Shown: positions 30,440 to 42,609, numbered from the stretch's first letter. The stretch: DNA of 64,000 bases from an uncultured Actinomycetota bacterium (GCA_963701355.1 CAVOZV010000015.1:138680-202679), one strand, 5' to 3'. Numbers and translations are program-made. Notes: generated by a model from the letters alone, not told the origin.

Positions 30440-32193
30440 CCGGCCGGCTCCGCGGCGTTCTGCTCGGACTGGTGCTCGCGCTGACCCTGGCCGGGTGCGT
30501 TGCGGTGCCCACGCAGGGCCCGGTCGAGAAGGTCGAGGGTCAGCAGCCGACCTGCCAGAACTGCGTCAACGTCGACGTCGCGCCACCGTCGGACACGGCC
30601 GACCCGCTGCAGATCGTGCAGGGGTACCTCCGCGCCAACTCGAACTACCAACCGAACTTCTCCGTCGCGAAGCTGTACCTGACCAAGGCCGCGGCGCAGA
30701 GCTGGAGCCCCGAGGACGGCGCCTCGATCTACACCGGCACGCTGACCGGTTCCGACGACAAGGTCGTCCTGGACGCCACCGTGATCGGGACCCTCGACGC
30801 GGACCGGACGTATATGGCGCGGGACCGGAAGCAGAGCATCGACTTCGGACTGGTCAAGGAGGACGGGAAGTGGCGGATCAGCAAGCCGCCGTCCGGGCTG
30901 CTGGTGGAGCAGTACTCGTTCGCGTCCTTCTATCAGCCGTACAACCTGTATTTCGTCGGCAGCGGCGGGGTGCTCGTCCCGGACCCGATCTATCTGCCGA
31001 GCCTGCGGAGCCAGTCCACGACGACCTCGGTGCTGATGAAGGGTCTGCTGGCCGGGCCGTCGACCTGGCTGAAACCGGCGGTGACCAGCGCCATCCCGGC
31101 CGGTACCGCGCTCAGCGTCGACGCGGTGACCGTCGTCGACGGCGTCGCCACCGTCGCGCTCAGCGACCAGGTTCTCTCGTTGAACGACTCGCAACGGACG
31201 TCGATGGCGGCCCAGGTGGTCTACACGCTGAAGCAGGTGCCGGGCGTCGAGTCCGTCGTCTTCATGGTCAACCAACAACCCATGCGGATCCCGGGGACGA
31301 ACAGCGCGGACTTCTCCATCGACTCCGAGGCCCTGGGTTCCGATGTCGATCCGATCCCGTTCGTCACGGGCGACCAGCTGTACGTCGCGCGCACCGACGG
31401 AGTCCGTCAGTACGACCCGAGCGCGGCGGCCCCCGGCGACGGCCGGGCGCTGGCCGGCCCGCTGGGCGACGGCCGGATCAAGGTCCAGCAGCTGGCGATC
31501 ACGGCCGGCAACAGCGATCTGGCGGCGGTCACCGACAACGGCACCACCCTGCGCCGCAGCGCCTCGACGGGCGGGTCGCCGACCACCCTGCTGGCCGGCA
31601 CGGCACAGAATCTGCTCAGGCCCCAGTTCAGCCGGTTCGGCGAGCTGTGGGCGCTCGGCCGCCCGGCCGCCGGCGGGGCTCAACGGTTCTGGGTGTTCTC
31701 CGGGAACAAACAGGTGGCCGTCGAGACACCGCTGCTGGACGGGACCGAGACGATCGCCTTCCAGGTGTCACCGGACGGCAGCCGGCTCGCGCTCGTCCGC
31801 CGGACGGATGGTCAGACCGAGCTCGGAATGGCCAAGATCTCGCGGACCGCCGACAACATCGTGGTGAACGGCTGGCGGAGCATCGACACCACGCAGACCA
31901 ACCTGCCCGAGATCGCCGCGATCACCGATGTGGCCTGGGTCGACGACACCACCCTCCTGGTGCTCGGTACGACCAGCGGAAATCCGGTGCCCGCGCTGTT
32001 CCGGGTCAGCCAGGATGCCTCTTCGATCACCCTGGACACCGAACCCACGACCTGGGACGCCGACGCGCTGACTGTGCTGCTGAGCGATCAGACAACCGTG
32101 GTCGTCGGCCGGAAGGGCCAGACCTGGAAGGGTGCTGGCGGCCAGTGGGAGCCGTTCGTCACGGGCGCCCTCGCCGCCGCCTACCCCGGCTGA
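30436..32193 (+). CDS. lpqB: Lipoprotein LpqB
   Basis: MTGRLRGVLLGLVLALTLAGC carries the lipobox LAGC and lies in-frame within ORF 30298-32193. It follows mtrB with an ATGA overlap. The body is GerMN-like. Confidence 0.9.
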   Translation: MTGRLRGVLLGLVLALTLAGCVAVPTQGPVEKVEGQQPTCQNCVNVDVAPPSDTADPLQIVQGYLRANSNYQPNFSVAKLYLTKAAAQSWSPEDGASIYTGTLTGSDDKVVLDATVIGTLDADRTYMARDRKQSIDFGLVKEDGKWRISKPPSGLLVEQYSFASFYQPYNLYFVGSGGVLVPDPIYLPSLRSQSTTTSVLMKGLLAGPSTWLKPAVTSAIPAGTALSVDAVTVVDGVATVALSDQVLSLNDSQRTSMAAQVVYTLKQVPGVESVVFMVNQQPMRIPGTNSADFSIDSEALGSDVDPIPFVTGDQLYVARTDGVRQYDPSAAAPGDGRALAGPLGDGRIKVQQLAITAGNSDLAAVTDNGTTLRRSASTGGSPTTLLAGTAQNLLRPQFSRFGELWALGRPAAGGAQRFWVFSGNKQVAVETPLLDGTETIAFQVSPDGSRLALVRRTDGQTELGMAKISRTADNIVVNGWRSIDTTQTNLPEIAAITDVAWVDDTTLLVLGTTSGNPVPALFRVSQDASSITLDTEPTTWDADALTVLLSDQTTVVVGRKGQTWKGAGGQWEPFVTGALAAAYPG

Positions 32194-32224
32194 GCGTTTC
32201 CGGCCCCCCGCCCGGATCGGCCCC

Positions 32225-32310
32225 GCGCCCCCCTTCCGGAAACTGTCGACTTGCGACACCGACACGCCGGGGGCGATCGTCCCACGTCGACAGTTTCTCC
32301 TCGGGGGTTG
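32225..32310 (-). repeat. Family-1 palindromic intergenic element, copy b (inverted core)
   Basis: Arms at 32239-32249 and 32287-32297, with a 37-nt spacer. Core CTTGCGACACCGACACGCCGG at 32250-32270 is the reverse complement of the copy-a core. Outer arms are CCCCCTTCCGG / CCTCGGGGG. Confidence 0.85.
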
Positions 32311-32342
32311 GCCGCCACCGGCGCGGTCGCCACACTGGGCCG

Positions 32343-33126
32343 ATGACCGCCGCCCGGAACGTGCAGCTTCAGCTGGGCCCGATGCTCGCCGGGGGGCTGG
32401 ACGCCGCCGCCGACCTGCTGCTCGGCTCCCGCTGCGCCGGCTGCGGCCTGGCCGGGACGGGCGCTGTGTCCGGGCTGCCGCGCCGAGCTGGCCGCGTGGC
32501 GGCCGCACCCGGTCCGACCGACCCCGTGCCCGGCCGGCTTTCCGACAACGGTGGCCGCCGGTCCGTACGCGGGACTCGCGTCCGCGCTGATCACCGGTCA
32601 CAAGGACCGCCAGGCGCTGACCCTGGCCGGTCCGCTCGGCGGCGCTCTCGCCGCGAGCCTGGCCGTCCTGCTCACCGAAGTCGACGCGGACCGGCTGGTC
32701 CTCGTCCCGGCGCCGTCGTCGAGCCGGGCCAGTCGGGAGCGCGGTCTGGACGCCGGGCGAGCGATCGCCCAGGCGGCCGCCCGCCGCTGGCGTCGGACGG
32801 ATCGTCGGCCCGTCGCGATCCGCTGCTGGTTGCGGCAGGCTCGGCGCGTCCGCGACCAGGCGGGTCTGACCAGCGAGGAGCGGCAGCGGAACCTGTCCGG
32901 CGCGCTCGCCGTCCGGCGTCGCGCAGGCGTGCGGGCGGGCGATCGTCGGGCGGCGGGACTGCGGCCGGGTGATGTCGTGGTGATCACCGACGACGTGGTG
33001 ACCACCGGCGCGACGCTGACCGAGGCCGTACGCGTGCTGCTGGCGGCCGGCCTTCCGGTGCTCGGCGCGGCGACGGTGGCCGCCACCACTCGGCTCGCTC
33101 CTGTTCAAGCGCTGTCCGACGACTGA
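32343..33126 (+). CDS. comF: ComF-family phosphoribosyltransferase-domain protein; frame broken about twice as sequenced
   Basis: MTAARNVQ...LLLGSRCAGCG is a piece of the ORF 29511-32972 frame. LCPGCRAELAAW lies in another frame. AAGPYAGLASALITGHKDRQALTLA...LVLVPAPSS...DVVVITDDVVTTGATLTEA is in ORF 32551-33126. Confidence 0.75.
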
Positions 33127-33321
33127 GAACTGAGTGAGGATCAGGACCCCGCGTAGAAAAAGTCCGGGGAGGGGACTAGCGTCTGTGTATGGCGCTTCAT
33201 GCACCTGAATGCCGGTCCTTCGGGATCGAGGCTCGGGGTGCAGCGGAGCGCCATTGGCGTCTCCGGGACTGCTTCGGTCCCGGTCGGCGCCGGCCCTGAC
33301 CAACGCTAGACGGAGGTTGAG

Positions 33322-33972
33322 ATGGATGTTGTCGTGAAGAGCCGGCACTGCTCGGTGTCGGATTCCTTCCGCTCCTACGTCGAGGACAAGATCACCCGGC
33401 TCGAAAAGCTGGATGATCGTGTGATTCGCGTCGAGGTCGAGCTCTCGGCGGAGCGGAACAAACGACAACACGCGCAGGGCAGCCGGGTCGAGATCACCGT
33501 ACGCACGAAGGGCCCGGTGATCCGCGCCGAAGCGGCAGCCGAGGAGAAGGTGGCGGCTTTCGACATGGCCATCGACAAGCTGATGGCCCAGCTCCGCAAG
33601 GCGGCCGACCGCAAGCGGGTGCACCGCGGCAGCCGAACGCCCACCTCGCTGCAAGCGGCCGCCGCCCAGCTCCCGCTGAACGGCGAGGAGCCGTCGGTGA
33701 ACGGGTCCGCCGTCGACGGATCGAGCAACGGGACCCGGCTCGTGGCCGGAATGGAGGTCCAGGGCGACGGTCCGATGGTGGTGCGCGAAAAGCTCCATTC
33801 CGCCGAGCCGATGAGTCTCGACCAGGCACTGATGGAGATGGAGCTGGTCGGCCACGACTTCTTCCTGTTCATCGATGCCGAGCAGCACCTGCCGAGCGTG
33901 GTCTACCGCCGCCACGGATACGACTACGGCGTGATCCGGCTCGACACCTCACTGGCACCCGCCGGCGCCTGA
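33322..33972 (+). CDS. hpf: Ribosome hibernation-promoting factor (long HPF)
   Basis: N-terminal S30AE/RaiA fold (MDVVVKSRHCSVSDSFRSYVEDKITRLEKL) plus C-terminal dimerisation domain (PMVVREKLHSAEPMSLDQALMEMELVGHDFFLFIDAE...VVYRRHGYDYGVI). Confidence 0.9.
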   Translation: MDVVVKSRHCSVSDSFRSYVEDKITRLEKLDDRVIRVEVELSAERNKRQHAQGSRVEITVRTKGPVIRAEAAAEEKVAAFDMAIDKLMAQLRKAADRKRVHRGSRTPTSLQAAAAQLPLNGEEPSVNGSAVDGSSNGTRLVAGMEVQGDGPMVVREKLHSAEPMSLDQALMEMELVGHDFFLFIDAEQHLPSVVYRRHGYDYGVIRLDTSLAPAGA

Positions 33973-33975
33973 CCC

Positions 33976-34066
33976 CCAGTCCTCTCCCTTCCGCGAAACT
34001 GTCGGGTTGGGACAGTGACACGCCGGCGTCGGACGTCCTGACTCGACAGTTTCGGGTCGGTGGGTC
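33976..34066 (-). repeat. Family-1 palindromic intergenic element, copy c (inverted core)
   Basis: Arms at 33995-34005 and 34043-34053, with a 37-nt spacer. Core GTTGGGACAGTGACACGCCGG at 34006-34026. Confidence 0.8.
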
Positions 34067-34196
34067 GAGCGCACCTGACGTTCGGCGACCCGGTTGAGGG
34101 GCCGGAGTTGTCCACAGCCCGGGGGGCGTCGCGGCGATATCCACAGCTCCGGGCCGGTCGCGGACGATCGGCGGGCCAGCTCCGCAGTGTGCAGGT

Positions 34197-35156
34197 GTGA
34201 GCGAACTCGCCGAAACACCGCTGGACGATTCCGATTTCGACCCCTGGACTCGCGTCCGCGGCGGCCGGGTCCGGCTTCAGGACTGGCAACGAGTCACGCG
34301 GGGCGGACACGCGGTCCGGGACCGGAATGTGGTCGACGAGTTGCGTGCCTGGTCCGTCGCGCTCCCACCGACGGCCGCCTTCACACATCTGACGGCGGCC
34401 GAATACCTGGGCTGGTGGGTGCCGGCGCAGATCGACCATCCCGTCTTCCTCGCCTGCGGGCTGGGCGACAACCCCCGCAGACCGGGGCTCTTCGCGTGCC
34501 GGCATCCCGAGCCCGGTCCGCACCGACTGGTCGACGGTCTGCGGATCACCACACCTGGCGAGACGCTGCTGGCCTGTGCGCGCGATCTCGGGGTGCTCGA
34601 TCTGGCGATCATGGCCGATAGCGCGCTCAGCCTGGGACACTGCACGCTCACCGATCTCGCCCTGGCGGCCGGCCGGCGTCGACGTGGAGCACCGCTGCTG
34701 CGCCAGGTGATCCCGCTACTGGACAGGCGCAGCGAATCGGCCTGGGAATCGGTGATGCGGGTGCTGCACCAGGCGGCGGAGATTCCGGTGGTGGCTCAGC
34801 GGAAGCTGTACGACGATAACGGCCTGTTCGTCGCGCGCGCCGACCTGTGGGTGGTCGGCACCCGTCGGATCCACGAGTACGACGGCGCGGTCCACCGGCT
34901 GACGGAGGTCCACCAGAGCGATCTGCAACGTGAGCGACGGCTGACTCGCGCCGGCTGGGTCCGCTACGGGTTCACGTCCGGCGACCTGCTCGACAACGGG
35001 GCGGACATCATCGCCGACGCCGATCGGTTGCTGGGCCGGAGCTGGGACTCGCGACGGTTGTCCGCGTGGAACGACTTGGTGGCCAACTCGCTCTACGGCC
35101 GGCCGGGCCGGGCGCGGGCACGGCGAGCCTGGGGCCGGCCCGGCCACGGAGCCTGA
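34197..35156 (+). CDS. Hypothetical protein with a DUF559/Vsr-like endonuclease-fold C-terminus
   Basis: 319 aa. The C-terminal pattern SESAWESVMRVLHQAAEIP...ARADLWVVGTRRIHEYDGAVH...DLQRERRLTRAGWVRYGFT resembles the DUF559 family. The gene is bracketed by element copies c and d. Confidence 0.5.
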   Translation: MSELAETPLDDSDFDPWTRVRGGRVRLQDWQRVTRGGHAVRDRNVVDELRAWSVALPPTAAFTHLTAAEYLGWWVPAQIDHPVFLACGLGDNPRRPGLFACRHPEPGPHRLVDGLRITTPGETLLACARDLGVLDLAIMADSALSLGHCTLTDLALAAGRRRRGAPLLRQVIPLLDRRSESAWESVMRVLHQAAEIPVVAQRKLYDDNGLFVARADLWVVGTRRIHEYDGAVHRLTEVHQSDLQRERRLTRAGWVRYGFTSGDLLDNGADIIADADRLLGRSWDSRRLSAWNDLVANSLYGRPGRARARRAWGRPGHGA

Positions 35157-35164
35157 ACGACACC

Positions 35165-35262
35165 CGAGCCTCTCCTTGATCGGAAACTGTCGAGTTGAGC
35201 CATCGGTCGCCGGCGCGTCGCTGTCGCAACCCGACACTTTCCGGAAGAGGGGAAGAGGGGAG
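35165..35262 (+). repeat. Family-1 palindromic intergenic element, copy d
   Basis: Arms at 35183-35193 and 35231-35241 (one mismatch), with a 37-nt spacer. Core CCGGCGCGTCGCTGTCGCAAC at 35210-35230. A purine-rich flank, CGGAAGAGGGGAAGAGGGG, runs into the RBS of the next gene. Confidence 0.8.
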
Positions 35263-35279
35263 CCGGGAAGGGAGCGGGA

Positions 35280-36524
35280 ATGTCGGAGGGCGTCGCTAGA
35301 GTCCGACGGGTGCGGACGGAGCGGCTGAGCAAGGCCCAGGCCAGGCGGGTGGCCCTAGCGGCGCAGGGTTTCGGTGTGCCGCGGCCGCAGCGGCCGGTGA
35401 CCATCCGCGACGTCCAGTCGACGATCGACCGGCTGGGCCAGTTCCAGATCGACTCGATCAATGTCGTCACCCGGGCGCAGTTCATGCCGTTGTTCTCCCG
35501 GCTCGGGCCCTACGACCAGGACCTGCTGCTGCGCGCGGCGCACCGGCCACCGCGCCGCCTCTTCGAATACTGGGGGCACGCGGCCAGCCTGATCGACGTC
35601 CGGCTGCAACCGGCGCTTCGGTTCCGGATGCAGGAGGGTTACCGCGACGTCTGGGGCGGGGTCGAACGGGTCGCCCGGGAGAACCCGCAGCTCGTCGACG
35701 AGGTCCGCGAGGAGGTGAAGCTCCGCGGCCCGATCAGCGCTCGCGAGCTGGAATACGAGGAGGTCCGCGACCGCAGCAACTGGGGCTGGAACTGGTCGTC
35801 GGTGAAGACCGTGCTGGAGTGGCTGTTCTATATCGGCGACGTCACCAGCGCCTACCGCAACAGCCAGTTCGAGCGGGTGTACGACCTGCCTGAGCGCGTC
35901 CTGTCGCGCGAGATCCTCGGCCGGCCCAGCCCGACACCGCACGACTCCGTGGTCGAGCTGGTCCGCCGGGCGGCCGCAGCCCTCGGGGTCGCCAGCGAGT
36001 TCTGCCTGCGCGACTACTTCCGGACCCGGTCAGACCTGACCAAGGCCGCTACGGCCGAGCTGGTGGAGTCCGGCGAGCTGATCCCGGTCGAGATCGAGGG
36101 CTGGGAGAACGCCAAGACCTACGTCTGGCACGCGGCCCGGCACCCGCGGCGGATCGAGGCCCGGGCGCTGCTCAGCCCGTTCGACTCGATGATCTTCGAG
36201 CGGGCCCGGCTGCACCGGCTGTTCGACTTCTTCTACCGGATCGAGATCTACGTCCCCGAGCCCAGGCGGGTGCACGGCTACTACGTCTATCCGTTCCTGC
36301 TCGGCGAGCGGTTCGTCGCCCGGGTCGACCTGAAAGCCGATCGGGCAGCCGGGGTGCTGCGGGTCAACTCGGCCTGGCTCGAACCCGGATACGACGCCGC
36401 CGAGGTCGCGGTCGAGCTCGCAGCCGAGCTCCGGTCGATGGCCGACTGGCAGGGACTCGCCGGGATCGAGGTGATGCCGCGCGGCGACCTGGCGCCGGTG
36501 CTGGCCGCGACCGCTCCCGGCTGA
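35280..36524 (+). CDS. Winged-helix DNA glycosylase-like protein (YcaQ/AlkZ, DUF1006 family)
   Basis: 414 aa. Motifs: QFQIDSINVVTRAQFMPLFSRLGPY, LFEYWGHAASLI, and HGYYVYPFLLGERFVARVDLKADR. Confidence 0.8.
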   Translation: MSEGVARVRRVRTERLSKAQARRVALAAQGFGVPRPQRPVTIRDVQSTIDRLGQFQIDSINVVTRAQFMPLFSRLGPYDQDLLLRAAHRPPRRLFEYWGHAASLIDVRLQPALRFRMQEGYRDVWGGVERVARENPQLVDEVREEVKLRGPISARELEYEEVRDRSNWGWNWSSVKTVLEWLFYIGDVTSAYRNSQFERVYDLPERVLSREILGRPSPTPHDSVVELVRRAAAALGVASEFCLRDYFRTRSDLTKAATAELVESGELIPVEIEGWENAKTYVWHAARHPRRIEARALLSPFDSMIFERARLHRLFDFFYRIEIYVPEPRRVHGYYVYPFLLGERFVARVDLKADRAAGVLRVNSAWLEPGYDAAEVAVELAAELRSMADWQGLAGIEVMPRGDLAPVLAATAPG

Positions 36525-36548
36525 CCCGGGCCACGGGCGCGGAGCGCC

Positions 36549-37703
36549 TCAGCTCGCGCCGGCCGCCACCCGCTGCCAGTCCACCAGTCGCTCCACCACG
36601 TCGACCGGCGCCGGCATGGCCGCGATCTCCCGCGCCAGCGAACGGCACCGGGCGCGTACGTCCTGGTCGTCCAGCAGCGCGACGACCTCGTCGCGTACCG
36701 CCTCCGGCGTGACATCCGCCGGCGCCAGCTGCCGGCCCGCCCCGGCGTCGCAGATCATCGCGGCGTTGAAGAACTGGTCCGCTCCTTGCGGCAGGAACAG
36801 CTGGGGCAGCCCGGCTGCCGCGGCGCCCAGCGTGGTGCCGGACCCGCCGTGGTGGACGACCGCGTCGGCGCGCTCGAGCACGGCGCCCTGCGGTACCCAG
36901 ACCTCGACGCGTACGTTCGCCGGCGCGCCCGCGAGCGTATCCGGGTCCACCATCGGCCCGGTGGCGACGAGCACGTCAAGGTCCAGCCCACCAAGACCGT
37001 CCATGGCCGTACGCAGCACCTCGGATGACCCGAAGGCCGTACCGAGCGTGAGATAGATCAGCGGCCGACCGGCCGGAAATTCCGACGGTGGCGGCTCGCC
37101 CGGCACCCGGACCGCCGTGGGCCGGAGCGGGATGGTCGGCGCCACACCGGCGAATCCCGGATCGGCCAGCGACGGCGGACAGACGTCGATCACCGGGATC
37201 GCGGCCACCTGTTCCGCGGGGACCGGGCGGCCACGCGAAGCCAGCCGGGCGACGAGGTTGTCGTGCAGCATCGGGCCGACCCGACCGGTGAGGCGGCCGA
37301 AGCCGTGCCAGATCAGCGGCACCCCGGCGGCCAGCGTCGCCACCCCGGCACCGCCGTTCACCACCTCGGCGACGACCAGCTCGGGTGCGTACCCCTCGAT
37401 CACCGGGCCGAGGTCGCGCGCGAAGGCCGGTCCCAGGATCTCGCCGAAGACCCGCAGGCCGCGGCTCTGCAGTTCCGCCGGTTCCGGGCGGCCCGAGAGC
37501 GTCGGCAAACGGGGATCGGTGAACGCCTGGCGCATCGACAACCCGGCTGGCGCCAGCTCGAAGCCGAACGGGGCGATCACCGGCAGGAACTCGCCGGCGG
37601 TCGCCCACCGCACCCGGTGGCCGGCCGCCAGGCAGGCCTCGGCCAGCGGCACCAGCGGGAACGTGTGCCCATGGCTGGGCAGACTGGAGAACAGAATGCG
37701 CAC
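36549..37703 (-). CDS. GT1-family (UDP-glycosyltransferase / MGT-like) glycosyltransferase
   Basis: MRILFSSLPSHGHTFPLVPLAEA at the N-terminus. C-terminal donor-binding motif: VVHHGGSGTTLGAAAAGLPQLFLPQGADQF. Confidence 0.8.
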   Translation of the reverse strand: MRILFSSLPSHGHTFPLVPLAEACLAAGHRVRWATAGEFLPVIAPFGFELAPAGLSMRQAFTDPRLPTLSGRPEPAELQSRGLRVFGEILGPAFARDLGPVIEGYAPELVVAEVVNGGAGVATLAAGVPLIWHGFGRLTGRVGPMLHDNLVARLASRGRPVPAEQVAAIPVIDVCPPSLADPGFAGVAPTIPLRPTAVRVPGEPPPSEFPAGRPLIYLTLGTAFGSSEVLRTAMDGLGGLDLDVLVATGPMVDPDTLAGAPANVRVEVWVPQGAVLERADAVVHHGGSGTTLGAAAAGLPQLFLPQGADQFFNAAMICDAGAGRQLAPADVTPEAVRDEVVALLDDQDVRARCRSLAREIAAMPAPVDVVERLVDWQRVAAGAS

Positions 37704-37810
37704 GACTCCACCATGACACCTGGCGCCTGGGCCGACCGGCTCGCGCCGACCACTGGGGCGGCCAGGCCGACTGGCCTACCATAGGGGGCGCTCCGGCATC
37801 GGGGCGCCGC

Positions 37811-37846
37811 ACAGGCATTCAAGCAGGTACAGGTATTCAAGCAGGG
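37811..37846 (+). repeat. 18-nt tandem duplication in the secA leader
   Basis: ACAGGCATTCAAGCAGGT (37811-37828) and ACAGGTATTCAAGCAGGG (37829-37846) match at 16 of 18 positions. The second copy overlaps the secA SD AGGGAG. Confidence 0.85.
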
Positions 37847-37857
37847 AGCGCGATCTC

Positions 37858-40787
<2,930 letters not shown>

Positions 40788-41870
40788 GTGGGTCGGTTCG
40801 TCTGGCGGCGCGGTCATACCGTTGCCGCGATCGTCGCCGGTGCCCTCGTGGTCGGTGGCGGGGCCACCGCGGTCGCGATGAACGGCAACGGTCCGAGCGG
40901 CGCCGGTGCGTCCCGGTCGTCGCCGTCGACCGGTGTGACCTCGACCGGTGTGACCTCGACGGTCCCGTCCGTCGTCGCGAGCCAGAGCGGCTCGCCAAGG
41001 TCCAGCGCGCCCCCGAGCGGCGCGGCGGCCGACTTCCTGACCGGCGGGAAGCCGTCGGACAACGAAGTGATCGCGGTCAAGGTGGAGAACATCGCCGCCG
41101 CCCGGCCGCAGATCGGGCTGCGGTCGGCCGACATCGTGTTCGCCGAGCAGGTCGAGGGCGCCCAGACGCGGTTGATCGCGGTTTATCACACGACATTCCC
41201 GACCCGGGTCGAGCCGGTCCGCAGCGCGCGGAGCACCGACGTCCAGTTGCTGCCCCTGTTCGGGAAGCCGGGACTGGTCTACAGCGGAGCGAACCGGAAT
41301 GTCCAGGGGAAGTTGGAACGCTCATCGATCGTGCCGATCGAGCGGTCCACCCGTGACCACGGCCGGGTCGCCCCGCACAACGTCTCGGTGAACCTGGCCG
41401 GCATCGCCCAGAGCGCGAGGGCCGGCCGCGAGAAGGTCGGTCGCGCCCGCGATATCGGCTGGACATTCGCAGCGACCGATCCGACACTCGCCGCGGCGCC
41501 GACCGTCGCCGACCCGAAGGCGAAGATCGGGAACGACACGTTCAGCTTCGCCTACTCCGGCGGATCGTACGTCGTGAAGTGGCGAGGGCGGACGTACACC
41601 GACGGCGTCAGCGGCGCGAAGGCGACGACCGACAACGTCGTGGTGATGTCGGTCCACGACCACCCTGACGGCAACCGGGACGTGATCGGCTCACCGTCGG
41701 TGATGTCGGACACCGTCGGCACCGGCAAGGTGACGATCTACCGGGACGGTAAGCAGCTCACCGGCACCTGGAAGCGGACCTCGAGCTCGGGAGTGCTGAC
41801 GTTCACCGACGCGAGCGGCCGGGACATCCCATTGAAGCCCGGCCGGACCTGGGTGCTGCTTCGCGGCTGA
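40788..41870 (+). CDS. DUF3048-like secreted/anchored protein
   Basis: 360 aa. An N-terminal hydrophobic anchor (VAAIVAGALVVGGGATAV) is followed by an S/T/P-rich linker that contains a 15-nt duplication (TGVTS TGVTS). The core reads VKVENIAAARPQIGLRSADIVFAEQVEGAQTRLIAVY. The family call is from memory. Confidence 0.6.
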   Translation: MGRFVWRRGHTVAAIVAGALVVGGGATAVAMNGNGPSGAGASRSSPSTGVTSTGVTSTVPSVVASQSGSPRSSAPPSGAAADFLTGGKPSDNEVIAVKVENIAAARPQIGLRSADIVFAEQVEGAQTRLIAVYHTTFPTRVEPVRSARSTDVQLLPLFGKPGLVYSGANRNVQGKLERSSIVPIERSTRDHGRVAPHNVSVNLAGIAQSARAGREKVGRARDIGWTFAATDPTLAAAPTVADPKAKIGNDTFSFAYSGGSYVVKWRGRTYTDGVSGAKATTDNVVVMSVHDHPDGNRDVIGSPSVMSDTVGTGKVTIYRDGKQLTGTWKRTSSSGVLTFTDASGRDIPLKPGRTWVLLRG

Positions 41871-41963
41871 CCCGCCCGCGGCCCCCGGTCACGCTCGTCT
41901 CAACAGATCTGGACTCGGCCGGGCCCCACTTCTTCCACAACGGTGCACGTCGTACCGTGCATG

Positions 41964-42028
41964 CCGGGTGCGAAGTGAACCTCTGGGGTGCGAAGTGCAT
42001 CGGCGTCGGTTCCGTGGGGTGCGAAGTG
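41964..42028 (+). repeat. Family-3 direct repeats, three copies of GGGGTGCGAAGTG
   Basis: CCGGGTGCGAAGTG (41964-41977), TGGGGTGCGAAGTG (41984-41997) and TGGGGTGCGAAGTG (42015-42028) lie in the convergent intergenic gap. A fourth, inverted copy (GGGCGTGCGAAGTGG) is at 50513-50527. Confidence 0.85.
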
Positions 42029-42093
42029 GTCCGGCGGGGGCCCTCGTGTCATGACACCTCCTGCCGCCGCGGCCGGGCCGGCGTGTCACGACC

Positions 42094-42609
42094 TCAGCCG
42101 AACTCGACGGCGGTGCACAGCCAGTGCTCGCCCCAGACCTCCAGCCGCAGGGCGAGGGCGTACGAGCGACCGTTCAGCACCAGGTGGGCGCCGACCTCCG
42201 CGGCGTCGGGCCGCGGATACTGCACCCGGATCGAGCGCAGCACTGCCGGTCGGGATCTGGCCGCCGGCGCCGAGCGGCGGCGGTGGAAGGCGATCACCGC
42301 CTGCACCCGGTCGTCGACCCATCGGGTGAGCTGGCCGATAGGGCGGCGGCCGTGCAGGGTCTCGAAGATCGCGACCGCCAGGGTGGCGGCCCACTGCCGG
42401 GCGTCGGCGACCGGGACGATGTCGCCCGAGTCCTCTGCCGCGGGGTGTGCCGGCTCGGCCCGGAACGGACCGAACGGTAGCTCCGGCTGGGCGGCGGGAT
42501 CGTCCGGCAGCAGTCGGAGACCGGTCGGCTGCTCCACCGGGCTGGGACGGCTGTCCAGCGCGGGGCGCAGGACGTACGTGGTCGGTTCGGGCTGTGGCTG
42601 CGCGGTCAT
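42094..42609 (-). CDS. Rv3235-like conserved actinobacterial protein
   Basis: MTAQPQPEPTTYVL... through ...WAATLAVAIFETLHGRRPIGQLTRWV...YALALRLEVWGEHWLCTAVEFG. SD GAGGAGA sits 5 nt before ATG 42609, internal to ORF 42094-42690. The position near secA is typical for this family. Confidence 0.65.
   Translation of the reverse strand: MTAQPQPEPTTYVLRPALDSRPSPVEQPTGLRLLPDDPAAQPELPFGPFRAEPAHPAAEDSGDIVPVADARQWAATLAVAIFETLHGRRPIGQLTRWVDDRVQAVIAFHRRRSAPAARSRPAVLRSIRVQYPRPDAAEVGAHLVLNGRSYALALRLEVWGEHWLCTAVEFG

Noticed and set aside
29511-32972. 1153-aa plus-strand ORF spanning mtrB, lpqB and comF.
   Set aside because: Only its first ~290 codons (the MtrB ATPase domain) and a short comF N-terminal piece are in a true coding frame. 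The rest is an out-of-frame read through lpqB, Arg/Pro/Gly-rich. It is a composite, not a gene.
31768-33915. 715-aa minus-strand ORF.
   Set aside because: It is antisense to lpqB, comF and hpf, and is low-complexity with no domain signatures.
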